Assembly (NCBI RefSeq): GCF_964355755.1
Contig: NC_092670.1
Location: forward strand, 22,430,795 to 22,494,794
Origin: Antedon mediterranea
Taxonomy: Eukaryota > Animalia > Echinodermata
Reading direction: 5' to 3'
Length of the DNA stretch: 64,000 nt
The notes under the pieces are model-generated. The model was given only the letters and a program-made list of their open reading frames with translations. It did no database searches and was not told the DNA's origin. A program made the position numbers and the translations under genes. Below are positions 61,341-64,000 of the stretch, piece after piece (the stretch's first letter is position 1; every line of letters starts with the position of its first letter).

Positions 61341-62981
61341 TTGGTTATCCGCACTTGGCGGATAACCTCTTGTTATTGTCAGGATCTTTTTTTAGTTATC
61401 CGCACATGGCAGTGTGCGGATAACTCCTTGTTATTGTATGGGATCTTTTTTTTCTTTTTCTGTATTATTCTTCTGTCTTTCTTCCTTTTTTTGTGAGCCC
61501 CGTTTCTCTAAAATGTGTGAACAGAACATATCATAACTTTGTCAACATATAGATATTTACGTGAAGTTGTGCACCTCCTATTTTTGAAAAACGTCAGAGT
61601 TGCGCAACGTGACTTGCGCGCAATTTTATGAATTTAAATGATTGATCATAGATTAAAAACCGAAAGTCATTTTGTATTGAGACTTGGTGAAAATTTAATT
61701 CATATCAAAAGTCAACTTTCTGTGGATTAAAAATGGCATGTTCCACACAAAGTTACGCGCACACGCGCATTTAAAATTTTAAAATGCGAAAAATCAATTT
61801 CTAATCAACTTTCTACGCATTTCTTGTCATTTTGAGTATGTCAAAAATTCCCACACGTGCGCAAATTTTTACGCGCGAGGGGCGCACGTAGCTTTAAAAA
61901 CATACTTTGTTCGCGTGATTTATGTTTTTCCAGCCTTTTGCTAGTAATTTTACTAACTTTTAAACAATTTCGACTTAAAATTACGTCATTACGAGCACGT
62001 CGAATTGAATAATTTGCGCGCGTATTTGATCAAAAAGCTAAAAAAATCGTCAAAATTATGCCTTTTTTTAAACAATCGTAGTTTCTAAACTAAACGGTGA
62101 AAGTTATTTTTATTACATATTCTGGAAGTTGATGAGTTGTAGATATCAAATCATACATTAATATGGCTAACAGGACATTTTGACGTCATCGTATGGCCAC
62201 GCGAATATAAAATATAGGATTTTTGTCTCTTTCGTTATTGCTCATCACATTCAATGGAGCGCATCACGCTTATCCGTATTCCATTTTCTCCGAGATTTTA
62301 ATATTGTCTAGGTCAATCAACTACCTTTCGCATGAGTTAAAAATATTTTAATATTTGTAACGTCATCATGCCTAAAAATGTTAATTACTTGGGTCATTAA
62401 TTTCATCTTTACAGTAAATTTTAATCTGTTATCGCTCGTAAGAACAAAATGGGATAATCACGATTAAAATGTTTTCTGGAAGCTATTGGATTGTAGATAC
62501 GAAATCATGTAAACATTTTGTCAATCGGATGTTGTGACGTCATCATATGGCCAGTTAAATAAAAAAAGTCGTATTTTCATCTTTTGCGTCATAGTTCATT
62601 ACATTTAAAAGAGCGCGCATCAATATTTCACGTGTTCAAATTTCTTCTACACGTTAATATGTTGTTGCTGAGATAATTTCCTTCCGAAATTGCTACATTC
62701 ACGTTTCATTTTGAAACCGTCAATATGTTAAAAATTTGAATAAATAGCGGGTCCCGTAATTTCACCTATTCTACACTGTATGTGATATGTATACAGATTA
62801 TACTGTGTATACTATATGACACAAAATAACAGAATTCAGCAATAAAAACATATCATATTCTTCAGTTCAGGTCACAATGCCATAATCTTTTTTCGTGTGC
62901 AATATTCCAACGTATGACGTGCACGTGGCGTTTTTGTCGTGCGGATAACTAACTCGTCAAAGTGACGAGTTTCATGTCTAG
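61341..62981 (+). mobile_element. Helentron-type (HINE/DINE-like) non-autonomous element, near full-length
   Basis: 5' palindromes TTATCCGC..GCGGATAA (twice); 3' subterminal GCGGATAAC, hairpin ACTCGTC-AAAGT-GACGAGT, terminal CTAG followed by a T run. Confidence 0.8.
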
Positions 62982-64000
62982 TTTTTTTTTCGATATTCTT
63001 CTTTCTTTCCACGAATTTTGTTCGCAGCGTATCTCTAATTCTAGCCAAAATTAGATTCTATAACTTTGTCATAAGATTGACCTATAGCTCTAGATGTGCA
63101 AGACACTTTTTTTTTCGAATTTCAAGTCGCGCAGCGTTAGTTACGCGCGATTTTATGAATTTCATTGATTGATCATAGAATAAAAACTAAAAGTCATTTT
63201 GTATTGAAACTTTGTGAAAATTTAAGTCATATTATGCGCAAACTTTCTGTGGATTAAAAATGGCATGTTTAACAAAAATTACGCGCGCACGCGCGTTTAA
63301 AATTTCAAATTGCGAAAAATCAATTTCTAATCAACTTTCTACGCGTTTCATGTCATTTTGAGCATTTCAAAAATTCCCACGCGTACGCAATTTTTTTACG
63401 TGCGCGTGCGCACGTAGAGCAAAAACATCTTTTTTTTGCTTGATTTTTGTTTTTTCAGCCTTTTCTAGTATATTTATAAATTTTCAATCAATTTCGACTT
63501 AAAATTACGTCACACGAGCACGTAGAATTGGATCATTTGCGCGTGTTTTTGATGAAAAAGTTAAAAAATTCGTCAAAATTATGCCTTTTTTAAAACAGTC
63601 ATAGATTGTAAACTACGTGGTGAACTTTTTAAAAATTACATATTCTGAAAGATGATGAGTTGTAGATATCGAATCATGCATCGATAAGGCTAACCGGACA
63701 TTGTGACGTCATCGTATGGCCACTCGAATATAAAATATAGGATTTTTTTTCTCTTTCGTATAGCTCGTCACATTTAATAGAGCGCATCTCTACGTATCCG
63801 TATTCCATTTCACTCAATTTTTTTATTTTGTCTAGGTCAATCAATTATCTTTCGCATGATTTACAATTTTTGAAATTGTTATGACGTCATCATGTTCAAA
63901 AGCGTCAATAACTTTGGTCACTTCTTTTCACCTATTCTGCACTGTATGTAGTACGTATACAGTATATAGCGTATACCGTATACACTTAGACGTGACGTAA
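62982..64000 (+). mobile_element. Adjacent head-to-tail diverged copy of the same Helentron family, running off the window
   Basis: Shares AATCAATTTCTAATCAACTTTCTACGC and TGACGTCATCGTATGGCCA blocks with 61780-62230. Confidence 0.75.

Overview
AT-rich, intron-rich animal genomic DNA, most likely from an invertebrate; not prokaryotic. I assembled the spliced genes by hand from GT-AG boundaries: 3' end of CANT1 (+); NDUFA6 (-) head-to-head with an 11-exon CFAP52/WDR16 (+); ATG12 (-) head-to-head with DHRS7B (+); a long DESI1 with a PUL-like tail (+); an intronless acidic orphan ORF (-) head-to-head with TMEM11 (+); and probable exon 1 of LCMT1 (+). CFAP52 intron 1 is almost entirely a 14.4-kb element bounded by inverted repeats. 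It carries a 132-bp satellite, two tRNA-Asp(ATC)-like units, a solo LTR and a spliced, intact Ginger1-type DDE integrase with a truncated OTU domain. CFAP52 intron 5 holds an intact Tigger/pogo transposon. Many non-autonomous elements are also present (Harbinger-, P-, MULE-, Ginger-, hAT- and Helentron-like MITEs, plus one SINE). Most notable: the composite element, the orphan gene containing a LINE-ORF2-linker-like motif, P-type excision footprints, and a CTAG/AGGCCT patchwork in first introns. All family assignments come from motif recognition, not database searches.
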